From Gemmatimonadales bacterium (GTDB taxonomy: Bacteria; Gemmatimonadota; Gemmatimonadetes; Gemmatimonadales; GWC2-71-9), in contig DATAVM010000090.1 in assembly GCA_036267775.1 (NCBI GenBank), forward strand, positions 1,172 through 65,171: a stretch of 64,000 bases of DNA, read 5' to 3'. The position numbers and the translations under genes are program-made. Shown here one piece after another: positions 18,782-27,328 of this stretch; position 1 is the first letter of the stretch, and every line of letters starts with the position of its first letter. The notes under the pieces are model-generated. The model was not told where the DNA came from. It made no database searches and saw only the letters and a list, made by a program, of their open reading frames with translations.

Positions 18782-19476
18782 AGCGCCGCCTGGTGCTGTT
18801 CGATATCGATGGGACCCTGCTCGACGCGGCATCCGCGGGCCGGCGCGCGCTCCGCGACGCGTTCGCGCCGGATTTTTCGGATCTCGCCTTCTTCAACACT
18901 GTGCCGTTCAGCGGCAAGACCGATCCGCAGATCATCACGGAACTCTACGTGGCTGCCGGGGCCGCGGACCGTGCGACGCCGGCCAACGTCGATGCCATGG
19001 TGACGCGCTACGTGAGCCACCTCGAACGGCATGTCGCCGATGCGAGCCGCCCGGTGCTCGCGTGCCCCGGCATCGGCGATCTGCTGGCCGCATTGCACGG
19101 GCATGCCGATGTCGTGGTCGGGCTGCTGACAGGAAATGTGATTCCGGGCGCTCGCCTCAAGCTCACTGCTGCGGGCCTCGATTTTGACGACTTTCGCCTG
19201 GGAGCGTTTGGCTCCGACAGTGCGCATCGTCCCGATCTGCCGCCGATCGCCGCGCGCCGTGCGATGCCGTTCTTTGGCCGCGTGCCGACTGGCGAGGAAG
19301 TCGTCATCATCGGCGACACGCCAGCCGACGTGACGTGCGGCAATTCGATCAACGCCCGCGCGATTGGCGTGGGCACCGGCCCGTATTCGCGGCATGATCT
19401 TGCCGGCGCCGGGGCCTATGCAGCGTTCGATACCCTCGCCGACACCGCCGCGACGCTCGCCGCCATTCTCGCATGA
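18778..19476 (+). CDS. HAD-superfamily hydrolase (phosphoglycolate-phosphatase-like)
   Basis: 232 aa. Motif I LFDIDGTLLD; motif IV-like IIGDTPADV. The TTG start overlaps the upstream TGA. Confidence 0.8.
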   Translation: MKRRLVLFDIDGTLLDAASAGRRALRDAFAPDFSDLAFFNTVPFSGKTDPQIITELYVAAGAADRATPANVDAMVTRYVSHLERHVADASRPVLACPGIGDLLAALHGHADVVVGLLTGNVIPGARLKLTAAGLDFDDFRLGAFGSDSAHRPDLPPIAARRAMPFFGRVPTGEEVVIIGDTPADVTCGNSINARAIGVGTGPYSRHDLAGAGAYAAFDTLADTAATLAAILA

Positions 19477-20084
19477 GCGCATCGTTCGCCGCTGATCTTG
19501 GCCGGCTGGCCGCTCCCGCACCGGCCGCGCCCTGGGACGACGTCCGGCTGGCATTGGTCGATGCGATCCTCGCCGGCAAGGTCGCCGGTCATCTCGACCA
19601 GGCGGTGTGGCAGCAAGCCTTCGACGCGGCCGCGCGTTCCTTGCGCGTACGGATTCTTGGCGACGCCGAGAGTGCGATCCGCGAGGCTGCCGCGGTGTCG
19701 CACTATCCACGGCGACGGCTCGCGGCGGTCCTTCCCGATGACCAGGCCGCGGACGCCGTGCTGCAGCGTCTGCTCGCGGCGGGTATGCCGCTGGAACGGC
19801 TCGAGGGCGTGCCGGACGATCCGGCGAGCCGGCGCGCGCGAGCTGCCGCGCTCGAGTCCGCGTGGGAAGACGCAACGATCGTGGCCCGGGCCGAAGTGCG
19901 CCGGCAGAATGTCATCGCCGCGCGCGTCGCGGCGTGGCAGCGGCCCGTGCGGCTGCTCTGGGGAGCGAGCGCGGTGGTGCTCGTCTTTGCGTTGCTCGTC
20001 GCCGCATGGCTCGGCGGCCAGCTTGCAGTGCCGGCCTGGTTCAGACCACTGAGCGATGCGTGGTGGAGTCTGCCGTGGCCGTGA
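19473..20084 (+). CDS. Hypothetical protein, Ala/Arg-rich with a C-terminal transmembrane helix
   Basis: 203 aa. No family recognised. C-terminal LLWGASAVVLVFALLVAAWLGG. ATGA and GTGA overlaps on both sides support that it is translated. Confidence 0.5.
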   Translation: MSASFAADLGRLAAPAPAAPWDDVRLALVDAILAGKVAGHLDQAVWQQAFDAAARSLRVRILGDAESAIREAAAVSHYPRRRLAAVLPDDQAADAVLQRLLAAGMPLERLEGVPDDPASRRARAAALESAWEDATIVARAEVRRQNVIAARVAAWQRPVRLLWGASAVVLVFALLVAAWLGGQLAVPAWFRPLSDAWWSLPWP

Positions 20085-20464
20085 TCGGCATTGGCATCGA
20101 CGTGGTGGAAGTGGCTCGCGCGCGCGCGATGATCGAGCGCCACGGCGACCGCATCCTGTTCCGCACTCTCACGGATGAGGAGCGCGCATACGTTGCAACT
20201 CTGGGCGATGCCGCGCCGGCCTTCGCTGCGCGTCTGGCCGCAAAGGAAGCGATGTACAAGGCGCTGCAGGTCTTCGGTGGTGCACGCGAGATCGGCTGGC
20301 GCGACCTCGGCGTGGCGCGCGGGCCCGATGGGCGCCCCGGGGCCACACTCTCCGGCAAAGCCGCGCTGCTGGCGGCGACGCACGCGGTGCGCGTGCATCT
20401 GTCGCTGAGCCACAGTCGCGACGTCGCGGCGGCCGTCGCCGTGCTGGAGCGTGGCGATTCGTAG
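20081..20464 (+). CDS. acpS: Holo-[acyl-carrier-protein] synthase
   Basis: Track frame 19862..20464 trimmed to the GTG at 20081 (alternative 20075). VIGIGIDVVEV..., FAARLAAKEAMYKAL, LSLSHSRDVAAAVAVLE. Confidence 0.85.
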   Translation: MIGIGIDVVEVARARAMIERHGDRILFRTLTDEERAYVATLGDAAPAFAARLAAKEAMYKALQVFGGAREIGWRDLGVARGPDGRPGATLSGKAALLAATHAVRVHLSLSHSRDVAAAVAVLERGDS

Positions 20465-20526
20465 CTCAACGGTTCAGGTCTGCAGGAGCGGATGAGGGAT
20501 TGCACCAGAGATCGCTGCGGAAATCA

Positions 20527-20556
20527 AAACGGCCCACTCATCGGAGTAGGCCGTTT
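20527..20556. terminator. Hairpin between convergent acpS and lgt (candidate bidirectional intrinsic terminator)
   Basis: aaacggcc (20527-34) pairs with ggccgttt (20549-56). An inner actc/gagt helix closes on an atcg loop. T-rich on the plus side (tttcgattt) and A-rich on the other side (aaatcaaaa). Confidence 0.4.
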
Positions 20557-20698
20557 CGATTTGGGAGGTCCCAGAACGCCCCCTGAGTATACGGAGACGA
20601 ACGGATGTGTTCGCTCCACCCTTCTTCGTCCTGGGACTTTCTCGTGCGGCCAGTCACGCACCGCTCGTGACCAATGCTACGGGACGTTGGAGAATCTG

Positions 20699-21553
20699 TC
20701 AAGCCGTCGTCGATGGCGTTGCGGGGCCCGCGGCCAGCCAATTACCGGGCGGTTCGCTCGTGCTGCTGCCCCACACGCGCCAGAGAATTGCGCCGACAAC
20801 AATCGCACCGATCGACGTGAGCTGGGCTACGCTGAAACCGTGCAGCAACGGAATGCGATCATCCTTTGCGCGCAGAAACTCGACCGCAAATCGTTCAACG
20901 CCCGCGAACACGAGGTACGCGCCAAAGAGCCAGCCGGCACCGAGCAGCCGCGTGCGCCACCGCCACAGGATCGCGAACACCACCAGCATCGCCGCGATTT
21001 CGTAGAGCTGCGTCGGATGCACGGCGAGCACAGTGTCCGGCGCAATGCTCGCGGGAATCGTCACGCCAAACTCGCGCAGATTCGCGGCGGTCGACGCCGG
21101 CATGCCTTGCGGAAAGCGCACGCCCCATGGCAACGTCGTTGGCACGCCGTAGTCATCGCCCACCACAAAACATCCGACGCGTCCCACCGCATACGCCGCC
21201 GCGAGTGCCGGCGCAATCAGCTGCGCGGTCCATCGCATCGGCACGCGGCGCCGCCAGCCATTGAGGACGACGCCGAGTGTGCCGCCCAGGAACCCGCCGT
21301 AGAACACCAGTCCGCCGCGATCGAAGAGCTTGGCATCCGGATGCAGGATGACAAACCACAGCTTGGCGCCAATGATGCCGCCAACGATCGCGCCGAGAAT
21401 GAGATCGCCGGCGTATTCCGACGCGAAGCCATTGCGCCGGCATTCGGAATCGATCAACCACCCACCGACCAGAAACGCCAGCATCATCATGATGCCAAAA
21501 CCCGTGATTGCGACTGGTCCGATGGAGAAGCCAAGAGGATAGGCAGTAATCAC
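20699..21553 (-). CDS. lgt: Prolipoprotein diacylglyceryl transferase
   Basis: Track frame 20699..22132 trimmed to the GTG at 21551-21553 (GTGA overlap with the tsaD stop). VITAYPLGFSIGPVAITGFGIMMMLAFLVG..., HPTQLYE, YLVFAGVERFAVEFLR. Confidence 0.9.
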   Translation of the reverse strand: MITAYPLGFSIGPVAITGFGIMMMLAFLVGGWLIDSECRRNGFASEYAGDLILGAIVGGIIGAKLWFVILHPDAKLFDRGGLVFYGGFLGGTLGVVLNGWRRRVPMRWTAQLIAPALAAAYAVGRVGCFVVGDDYGVPTTLPWGVRFPQGMPASTAANLREFGVTIPASIAPDTVLAVHPTQLYEIAAMLVVFAILWRWRTRLLGAGWLFGAYLVFAGVERFAVEFLRAKDDRIPLLHGFSVAQLTSIGAIVVGAILWRVWGSSTSEPPGNWLAAGPATPSTTA

Positions 21554-22578
21554 AGAAGGGCTCCGGGAGAAACGACGAGACCGGGAAGCGGGAGTGCATC
21601 GCTGGCGTCGAGCGAGGCATCGTCGCGTTCGCCGCGTGCGAGCCGCCAGCTTCCGGCAGCGCCGATCATGCCGGCGTTGTCGGTGTTGAGTCGCGGTGAT
21701 GCCACGCACACCTCCGCTGGCGCGACCGCGGCGCGTACGGCGCGGATCAAGGCGCCATTGCACGCGACGCCACCACCCAGCACGACGCGCGCGCGGTTGC
21801 ACGCAGTGGCTGCCCGCGCGGTCTTGGCGGCGAGCACGGCGATCGCCGCGTCCTGAAAACCACGCGCAATATCCGCGCGGTCGGCGGCGAGGTCGGTGCT
21901 CTTCTGCACCGCATGCAGGACCGCGGTCTTGAGGCCGCTGAACGAAAACTCGAAGTCTTCGCGCTGCAGCAGCGGCCGCGGAAAGACAAAGTGCGCGGGG
22001 TTGCCGGTCGCGGCCAGACGCTCCACCGCAGCGCCGGCGGGATAGTCGAGCCCGAGCAGCGATCCGACCTTGTCGAACGCTTCGCCGGCGGCGTCGTCGC
22101 GTGTCTGTCCCAGCAGATGATACTCGCCCCACGCCGGCACGTCGACCAGCAGGGTATGACCCCCGCTCACGAGCAGCGCAACGAAGGGCGGCTCGGCGTC
22201 ACGGCTTTCCAGTGTGGGTGCAAAGAGATGGCCCTCGAGATGATGCACGCCGACAATCGGGAGCCCTTCGCGCCACGCGAGCGTGCGGGCCCATGTCACG
22301 CCGACGAGCAGCGCGCCGAGGAGGCCGGGGCCGCGGGTGACGGCAATGCCGTGGATGGCGTCGACCGTGATGCCGGCCTGCGCGAGTGCCTCGTCGACCA
22401 CGGCATCGATCGTGACGAGATGTGCGCGCGACGCGAGCTCGGGGACCACACCACCAAAGATGCGATGCACATCCTGCGAGAGAATCGCGAGACCCTGGAG
22501 CGTGACCGTGGCACCGTCGCGATGCACGACCGCCGCCGATGTCTCGTCACACGATGTCTCCAGCGCGAGGACGCGCAT
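21550..22578 (-). CDS. tsaD: tRNA N6-adenosine threonylcarbamoyltransferase
   Basis: 342 aa. MRVLALETSCDETSAAVV..., HHLEGHLF, LLVSGGHT. Confidence 0.92.
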   Translation of the reverse strand: MRVLALETSCDETSAAVVHRDGATVTLQGLAILSQDVHRIFGGVVPELASRAHLVTIDAVVDEALAQAGITVDAIHGIAVTRGPGLLGALLVGVTWARTLAWREGLPIVGVHHLEGHLFAPTLESRDAEPPFVALLVSGGHTLLVDVPAWGEYHLLGQTRDDAAGEAFDKVGSLLGLDYPAGAAVERLAATGNPAHFVFPRPLLQREDFEFSFSGLKTAVLHAVQKSTDLAADRADIARGFQDAAIAVLAAKTARAATACNRARVVLGGGVACNGALIRAVRAAVAPAEVCVASPRLNTDNAGMIGAAGSWRLARGERDDASLDASDALPLPGLVVSPGALL

Positions 22579-22579
22579 G

Positions 22580-23134
22580 TCAGTGCTGCTCGGCGAGCGC
22601 GCGCTCGACCTGCTGGCGGCTTGCCGCCGAGTCCCACACGCTTGCGCCCAGACTTACGTACGCAATCCGTCCATGACGATCGATCAGGACACTCTGCGGA
22701 ATGCCCACCGTCTGATAGCGCTCTTCGATTGAATCGGTGCGGTCCTGCAGAATGTCGAAGGTGAGGCCAAGGTCGTGGGCAAATGTCAGCACACTCGCCG
22801 GAACTCCGTCGTCGACGCTCACCGCGGCAATGCGGAGTCCCCGGGCGGAGTCTGCGCGATAGAGACGCTCCAGCGACGGCATTTCCTTGCGGCACGGCAC
22901 GCAGGTGGTCGCCCAGATATTGATCAGCGTGACGTGTCCCGCGTAGGCACTGTCGAGCGCGACGGAATCACCCGTGACGAGATTGCGCACGCGTACCGCC
23001 GGCGGCCGCGCTCCCACGCGTAATCCTCCGCGCGGCGACGCGTACCTCGTGACCGCCCACGACGTGACGCCGAGGAGCAGAGCCACGCCCATGACGGCGG
23101 GCCAGTGGCGGATCGCGGTCGGATGGACGGGCAT
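22580..23134 (-). CDS. TlpA/ResA-family thiol:disulfide oxidoreductase (membrane-anchored thioredoxin fold), copy 1
   Basis: Track frame trimmed to the ATG at 23132-23134 (184 aa). N-terminal TM helix and the active site WATTCVPCRKEMP. Confidence 0.8.
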   Translation of the reverse strand: MPVHPTAIRHWPAVMGVALLLGVTSWAVTRYASPRGGLRVGARPPAVRVRNLVTGDSVALDSAYAGHVTLINIWATTCVPCRKEMPSLERLYRADSARGLRIAAVSVDDGVPASVLTFAHDLGLTFDILQDRTDSIEERYQTVGIPQSVLIDRHGRIAYVSLGASVWDSAASRQQVERALAEQH

Positions 23135-23136
23135 GC

Positions 23137-23676
23137 TCAGCTCGCCGGCGAGCTCAGCAGCGTGCTTACGATGCGCCGGATCTCCGGAGAGTTCCATTCG
23201 GTGCCGTGCTGCACGATGCGGACGATGCGACCGTCGCGATCGACCAGAAAACTCTCGGGGACGCCAGTCGTGTGATAGCGGTCCTGGATGTCGCCCGCCG
23301 GATCGTGCAGAATGTCGAACGTGAGGTGATACTGCTCGGCAAAGTGGCGTACCACGTCCGGTGGCGTGGCGTCGATGCTCACCGCCGCAATGCGGAACCC
23401 CTGTGGGCCGAGTGCGTGATAGAGCGAATCCATCGCCGGCATTTCCTGGCGGCACGGAATGCAGTACGTCGCCCAGACGTTCACCAGCGTCACCGTGCCA
23501 TGGTACGTGCCGCGCAGCGACACGGTCTTGCCGGTGGCGAGGTCGGTCGCGGTAAAATCGGGAGCGCGCGCACCGACTTCCACCCGCGGCGCGTTGCCCC
23601 GCCACCACGCGACGGCCCCCGCCGCGACCACGACGACCGCTACGCCCGCCGCAAGCCACGCCCGCCGCAGTGTCAT
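23137..23676 (-). CDS. TlpA/ResA-family thiol:disulfide oxidoreductase, copy 2 (tandem paralogue)
   Basis: Track frame trimmed to the ATG at 23674-23676 (179 aa). N-terminal TM helix and the active site WATYCIPCRQEMP. ATGA overlap with the rpe stop. Confidence 0.8.
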   Translation of the reverse strand: MTLRRAWLAAGVAVVVVAAGAVAWWRGNAPRVEVGARAPDFTATDLATGKTVSLRGTYHGTVTLVNVWATYCIPCRQEMPAMDSLYHALGPQGFRIAAVSIDATPPDVVRHFAEQYHLTFDILHDPAGDIQDRYHTTGVPESFLVDRDGRIVRIVQHGTEWNSPEIRRIVSTLLSSPAS

Positions 23677-24338
23677 ACGCGCGTCAGACAGGCGCGCTTG
23701 AGCGCGCGTACCGCTTCGGCCACGTCGCGCTGCGCAAAGACCGCGGTGCCCGCCACAAAGGTGTCGGCGCCGGCCGCATGTGCTTCGGCGATCGTCTCGG
23801 CCGTGATGCCGCCATCGACCTCGAGCGTGGCGTTGATGCCGAGGTCCGTCATGAGTGCGCGGACGCGGCGGATCTTGTCGCTCGAAGACGGTAGATATGC
23901 CTGGCCGCCAAAACCCGGATTCACCGTCATCACCAGAATCAGGTCGAGATCCTGCGCGACTTCCTCGAGCAGTCCCACGGGGGTCGACGGATTGAGGGCG
24001 AGTCCGGCGCGCATCCCGCGCGCTCGCGCGCTGGCCAGGTGGCGCTGCACGTGCACGGTCGCTTCGGGATGAAAGGTGAAGACCGCGGCACCCGCATCGG
24101 CATATTCGTCGATATAGCGCTCGGGATTCTCCACCATGAGGTGCACGTCGAGCGGGAGATCCGTCATCCGGCGCAGGCCGCGAATCATCGGACCGCCGAA
24201 CGAGAGGTTGGGGACAAAGTGTCCATCCATCACGTCGACGTGAATCCACTCGGCACCGCCGGCTTCGGCCAGGGCAACTTCGTCCTTGAGCCGGCCCAGA
24301 TCGGCATTGAGCACACTGGGCGAGATGCGCACCGTCAT
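23673..24338 (-). CDS. rpe: Ribulose-phosphate 3-epimerase
   Basis: 221 aa. ISPSVLNADLGRL..., HVDVMDGHFVPNLSFG, VMTVNPGFGGQ. Confidence 0.92.
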   Translation of the reverse strand: MTVRISPSVLNADLGRLKDEVALAEAGGAEWIHVDVMDGHFVPNLSFGGPMIRGLRRMTDLPLDVHLMVENPERYIDEYADAGAAVFTFHPEATVHVQRHLASARARGMRAGLALNPSTPVGLLEEVAQDLDLILVMTVNPGFGGQAYLPSSSDKIRRVRALMTDLGINATLEVDGGITAETIAEAHAAGADTFVAGTAVFAQRDVAEAVRALKRACLTRV

Positions 24339-25060
24339 GGCTGGTTGCCGCCGATCGTCAGGTCCACCGGACTCTCCCGTTTCATGTACGCCCCTGGCAA
24401 CGGTTGCTGCACCAGCACGGTTCCCTCCTTGCCGCTGGGTTCCAGGTCAATCCGTCCCACCCGGAGTCCCAGCGCCGACAGCCGGTCGCGGGCGTCCTTG
24501 AGCGACAATCCCACCAGATTCGGGGCCGGAACCGGTGGCGGCCCGGCACTGATGCTGAGATCGACCGCCGTCCCCGTGGGCAATGTACTCCCGGCCACGG
24601 GGTGCGTGCCGACCACGGTTCCCGGTGGTGCCGCGTTGACCGCGCTGTCCACCGTACCGGCCCGGAGACCGGCCGCAGCGAGCACATCCAGCGCGAGCTG
24701 CACATCGAGGTCGACCAGGTTGGGGACCGCGACTGAGGGCGCGCCGAGGCTCACGCCGAGCTGGACGGCTGCGCCCTCCGGGAGGACCGTTTCCGGCGCC
24801 GGCGACTGCCAGCTTATCTGACCCGCGGCGACCATCGGGTCGGCGAGCGAATCGGCGAGACGACCGCGTAGGCCGAGGGCGGCGAGCTGGTGGAGCGCCG
24901 TGTCCGCGGCCATGCCGCGAAGTGCCGGCACACTGTGACGGTGGACCAGGATCGGCGCGGGGTAGAGCGCGCAGGTGAGCAGGTAGCCGCCGAGGCCCGC
25001 GGCTGCGACGATCGCCAATGCGATCCAGGGCGGCCGGAAGTGCCGCGGTTCGTCAGGCAT
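24335..25060 (-). CDS. Membrane-anchored PASTA-domain protein (three PASTA repeats, no kinase or transpeptidase domain)
   Basis: 241 aa. About 10 cytoplasmic residues, then the TM helix WIALAIVAAAGLGGYLL, then three ~65-aa repeats: VPALRGM...QLGVSLG, VPNLVDL...DLSISAG, APNLVGL...DLTIGG. Confidence 0.8.
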   Translation of the reverse strand: MPDEPRHFRPPWIALAIVAAAGLGGYLLTCALYPAPILVHRHSVPALRGMAADTALHQLAALGLRGRLADSLADPMVAAGQISWQSPAPETVLPEGAAVQLGVSLGAPSVAVPNLVDLDVQLALDVLAAAGLRAGTVDSAVNAAPPGTVVGTHPVAGSTLPTGTAVDLSISAGPPPVPAPNLVGLSLKDARDRLSALGLRVGRIDLEPSGKEGTVLVQQPLPGAYMKRESPVDLTIGGNQP

Positions 25061-26318
25061 CGGCCTTTACCAGGCGCGCCGCAAAGGCGCCATCGAGTCC
25101 GTCGCGATGCGGCAGAGTGGCAAGATCACCCGCGGCGGTGAGGAGCTCGCGCGGAAACGCGGTCGGTGGCTCGCGCCGGAACTCCGCGTGGCGCGCGAGA
25201 AACGCAGATACCTGGATCTCGTTTTCCTCGGGTTCGAGCGAGCAAGTGGCATAACATAGCACGCCGCCGGGAGCCACTCGGGCGGCGGCGGCATCGAGCA
25301 GAGCCGCTTGCGCGGCGACAAGTTCGAAGAGCGCTTTCTCTTCGACGCGCGTGCGGGCGTCGGGATGCCGGGCAAAGGTACCGGTGCCCAGGCACGGTGC
25401 GTCGAGCAGGAAGGCACTCACCGTGCGTACCGGCGGGTGGAGCGCATCGGCCACCACCGCGAACTCGCGCCCGTGCCCTGCGCGCTTGAAGTTCTCCCGC
25501 AAGCGCTCCAGTCGCCGCCGCGAGCGATCGGCCGCCACCACACGCGCCACACCGCGCGAGATTCCGAGACTCTTGCCGCCCGGCGCCGCGCAGGCGTCAT
25601 ACACGATGCTGTCGCTCGGCAGATCCGCAAAGCGGACAACCAGCGCATGCGCGGGATCCTGCACGTAGAACTCGCCGCCGACATAGCCGGGAAAGCGCTC
25701 CGGATGGGACTCCTGCACCACGACACCCGCACCGAACGGGGCCGGGACATTGTGAATGCCGGCGTTGCCGAGGAGCAACTCGAGATCGAGCAACGAGCCG
25801 CGCGTCGGCTGGACGACGAGCGCGGGATGACTGTTGTTCCAGCGGAGCAGGGTCTCGGTGTCGCGCACGCCAAAGCGGGCCAGCCAGCGCGCGACGAGCC
25901 AGGCGGGGTGCGAATAGCGCCCCGACAGCCGTGCGATATCGTCGAGGTCATCCTCGCCCACAATTTCGTGACCGAGTTCGGCAACGCGACGCAGCACCGC
26001 GTTGGCAAAGCCCGCGACGCGTTCGCCGACACGCTCGCGCGCGAGTGCGACACTCGTCGCCACCGCGGCATGCGGTGGCACGCGTTCGAGCAGCCGGATC
26101 TGATAGGCGCCGACGCGAAGAATGTCGAGCAGCGGCAACGAGACCGAGGCGAGACCGCGAGCGATATAGTGCGCGAGGAGCGTATCGAGCGCCTGCGTGT
26201 TACGCAGCACGCCCGCCGCGATTTCGTGCGCGAGGCGGCGATCGGCGTCGGGCAACTGGCCGAGACCGCGGGCGAGCGCCACATCGAACGGTACACCACG
26301 GCGGACGGCCGCCAGCAT
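25053..26318 (-). CDS. rsmB: 16S rRNA (cytosine967-C5)-methyltransferase
   Basis: 421 aa. NusB-like N-terminal domain. SAM motif DACAAPGGKS. Catalytic regions LLDAPCLGTGTFARHPD and YATCSLEPEENE. Confidence 0.85.
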   Translation of the reverse strand: MLAAVRRGVPFDVALARGLGQLPDADRRLAHEIAAGVLRNTQALDTLLAHYIARGLASVSLPLLDILRVGAYQIRLLERVPPHAAVATSVALARERVGERVAGFANAVLRRVAELGHEIVGEDDLDDIARLSGRYSHPAWLVARWLARFGVRDTETLLRWNNSHPALVVQPTRGSLLDLELLLGNAGIHNVPAPFGAGVVVQESHPERFPGYVGGEFYVQDPAHALVVRFADLPSDSIVYDACAAPGGKSLGISRGVARVVAADRSRRRLERLRENFKRAGHGREFAVVADALHPPVRTVSAFLLDAPCLGTGTFARHPDARTRVEEKALFELVAAQAALLDAAAARVAPGGVLCYATCSLEPEENEIQVSAFLARHAEFRREPPTAFPRELLTAAGDLATLPHRDGLDGAFAARLVKADA

Positions 26319-26356
26319 TTCCAGGGCGGCCCGCCGCGGCGCGAGGCCCGCGGGGT

Positions 26357-27124
26357 TCAGCGCAGCATCCCCGCCACCGGGCTCGACGGCACGGCAACTT
26401 CGCGCCGCGGCATGCGGCCGGCCAGATACGCCGCGCGTCCCGATTCGACCGCGAGACGCATCGCGGTGGCCATCATCACCGGATCCTGAGCCTCCGCCAG
26501 CGCGGTGTTCATGAGGATGCCGTCAACGCCCTGCTCCATGACGAGACACGCGTCGGATGCGGTGCCGACGCCGGCGTCGACGATCACCGGCACACGCAGG
26601 CGCGTCTTGATGGTGCGGATGAAATACGGATTGAGCAGTCCGAGCCCCGAGCCGATGGGCGAAGCGAGCGGCATCACCGCGGCCGCTCCCGCAGCCTCCA
26701 GGCGCAGCGCGGTCACGAGATCGTCGTTGGTGTACGCCAGCACCTTGAAGCCTTCGCGGGCGAGCACGGCAGTGGCTTCGAGCAGCCCTGCGACATCCGG
26801 CAGCAGTGTCTCCTTGTCGCCGATCACTTCGAGCTTGACGAAGTCGTTGAAGCCGGCTTCGCGCGCGAGCCGCGCATAGCGCACCGCTTCGTCGGCCGAG
26901 TAGCAGCCGGCGGTGTTCGCCAGCAGGAAGTAGCGGTCGCTGCCCAGGTGATGGAGAATGCCCTTCTCGTCCCGGCGATCGAGATTGACGCGGCGCACGG
27001 CCACCGTCACGACCTCCGCGCCGGACGCGTCGATGGCGCGCAGCATCTCGTCGTTGTCGCGGTACTTGCCCGTTCCCACCAGCAGGCGCGAGCGGAAGGG
27101 GACTCCGGCGATCTCGAGCATCAC
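26357..27124 (-). CDS. thiG: Thiazole synthase
   Basis: 255 aa. LLVGTGKY, VKLEVIGD, VLAYTNDD, MPLASPIGSG, VIVDAGVGTASDA. Confidence 0.9.
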   Translation of the reverse strand: MMLEIAGVPFRSRLLVGTGKYRDNDEMLRAIDASGAEVVTVAVRRVNLDRRDEKGILHHLGSDRYFLLANTAGCYSADEAVRYARLAREAGFNDFVKLEVIGDKETLLPDVAGLLEATAVLAREGFKVLAYTNDDLVTALRLEAAGAAAVMPLASPIGSGLGLLNPYFIRTIKTRLRVPVIVDAGVGTASDACLVMEQGVDGILMNTALAEAQDPVMMATAMRLAVESGRAAYLAGRMPRREVAVPSSPVAGMLR

Positions 27125-27321
27125 CCACCTCCCACAAAATGAACGATCTCGATCACGTCGCCGTCGGCCACGGGCGTGGCAGCCAGCGCCGGCCGCCGGA
27201 TGATCACCCGGTTGAGCTCGACCACCACGCCGCGCGGGTCGAGATCGAGACGGGCGAGCAGCTCGGCGACATTCTCCGACGCTGGTACGATGCGCGGGTC
27301 GCCGTTGATGATCAATTGCAT
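27121..27321 (-). CDS. thiS: Sulfur-carrier protein ThiS
   Basis: Track frame trimmed to the ATG at 27319-27321. 66 aa: MQLIINGDPR...DGDVIEIVHFVGGG, with a C-terminal Gly-Gly. Overlaps the thiG start by 4 nt. Confidence 0.8.
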   Translation of the reverse strand: MQLIINGDPRIVPASENVAELLARLDLDPRGVVVELNRVIIRRPALAATPVADGDVIEIVHFVGGG

Positions 27322-27328
27322 AGATGCG

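Noticed and set aside
20470-20500. tcaggtctgcaggagcgg resembles the SRP RNA helix-8 region (tcaggtccggaaggaagcagc)
   Set aside because: It lacks the GGAA tetraloop and the conserved AGCA bulge, and the flanking sequence cannot form the long SRP hairpin.
20565-20640. Possible tRNA: 7-bp terminal helix about 75 nt apart
   Set aside because: No T-arm (GTTCRANYC-like) adjoins the 3' strand. There is no D-arm or anticodon-arm geometry and no discriminator or CCA context.
20492-21856. 454-aa plus-strand ORF across the lgt/tsaD region
   Set aside because: It is antisense to lgt and tsaD, both clearly identified on the minus strand. It also begins inside the non-coding convergent spacer.
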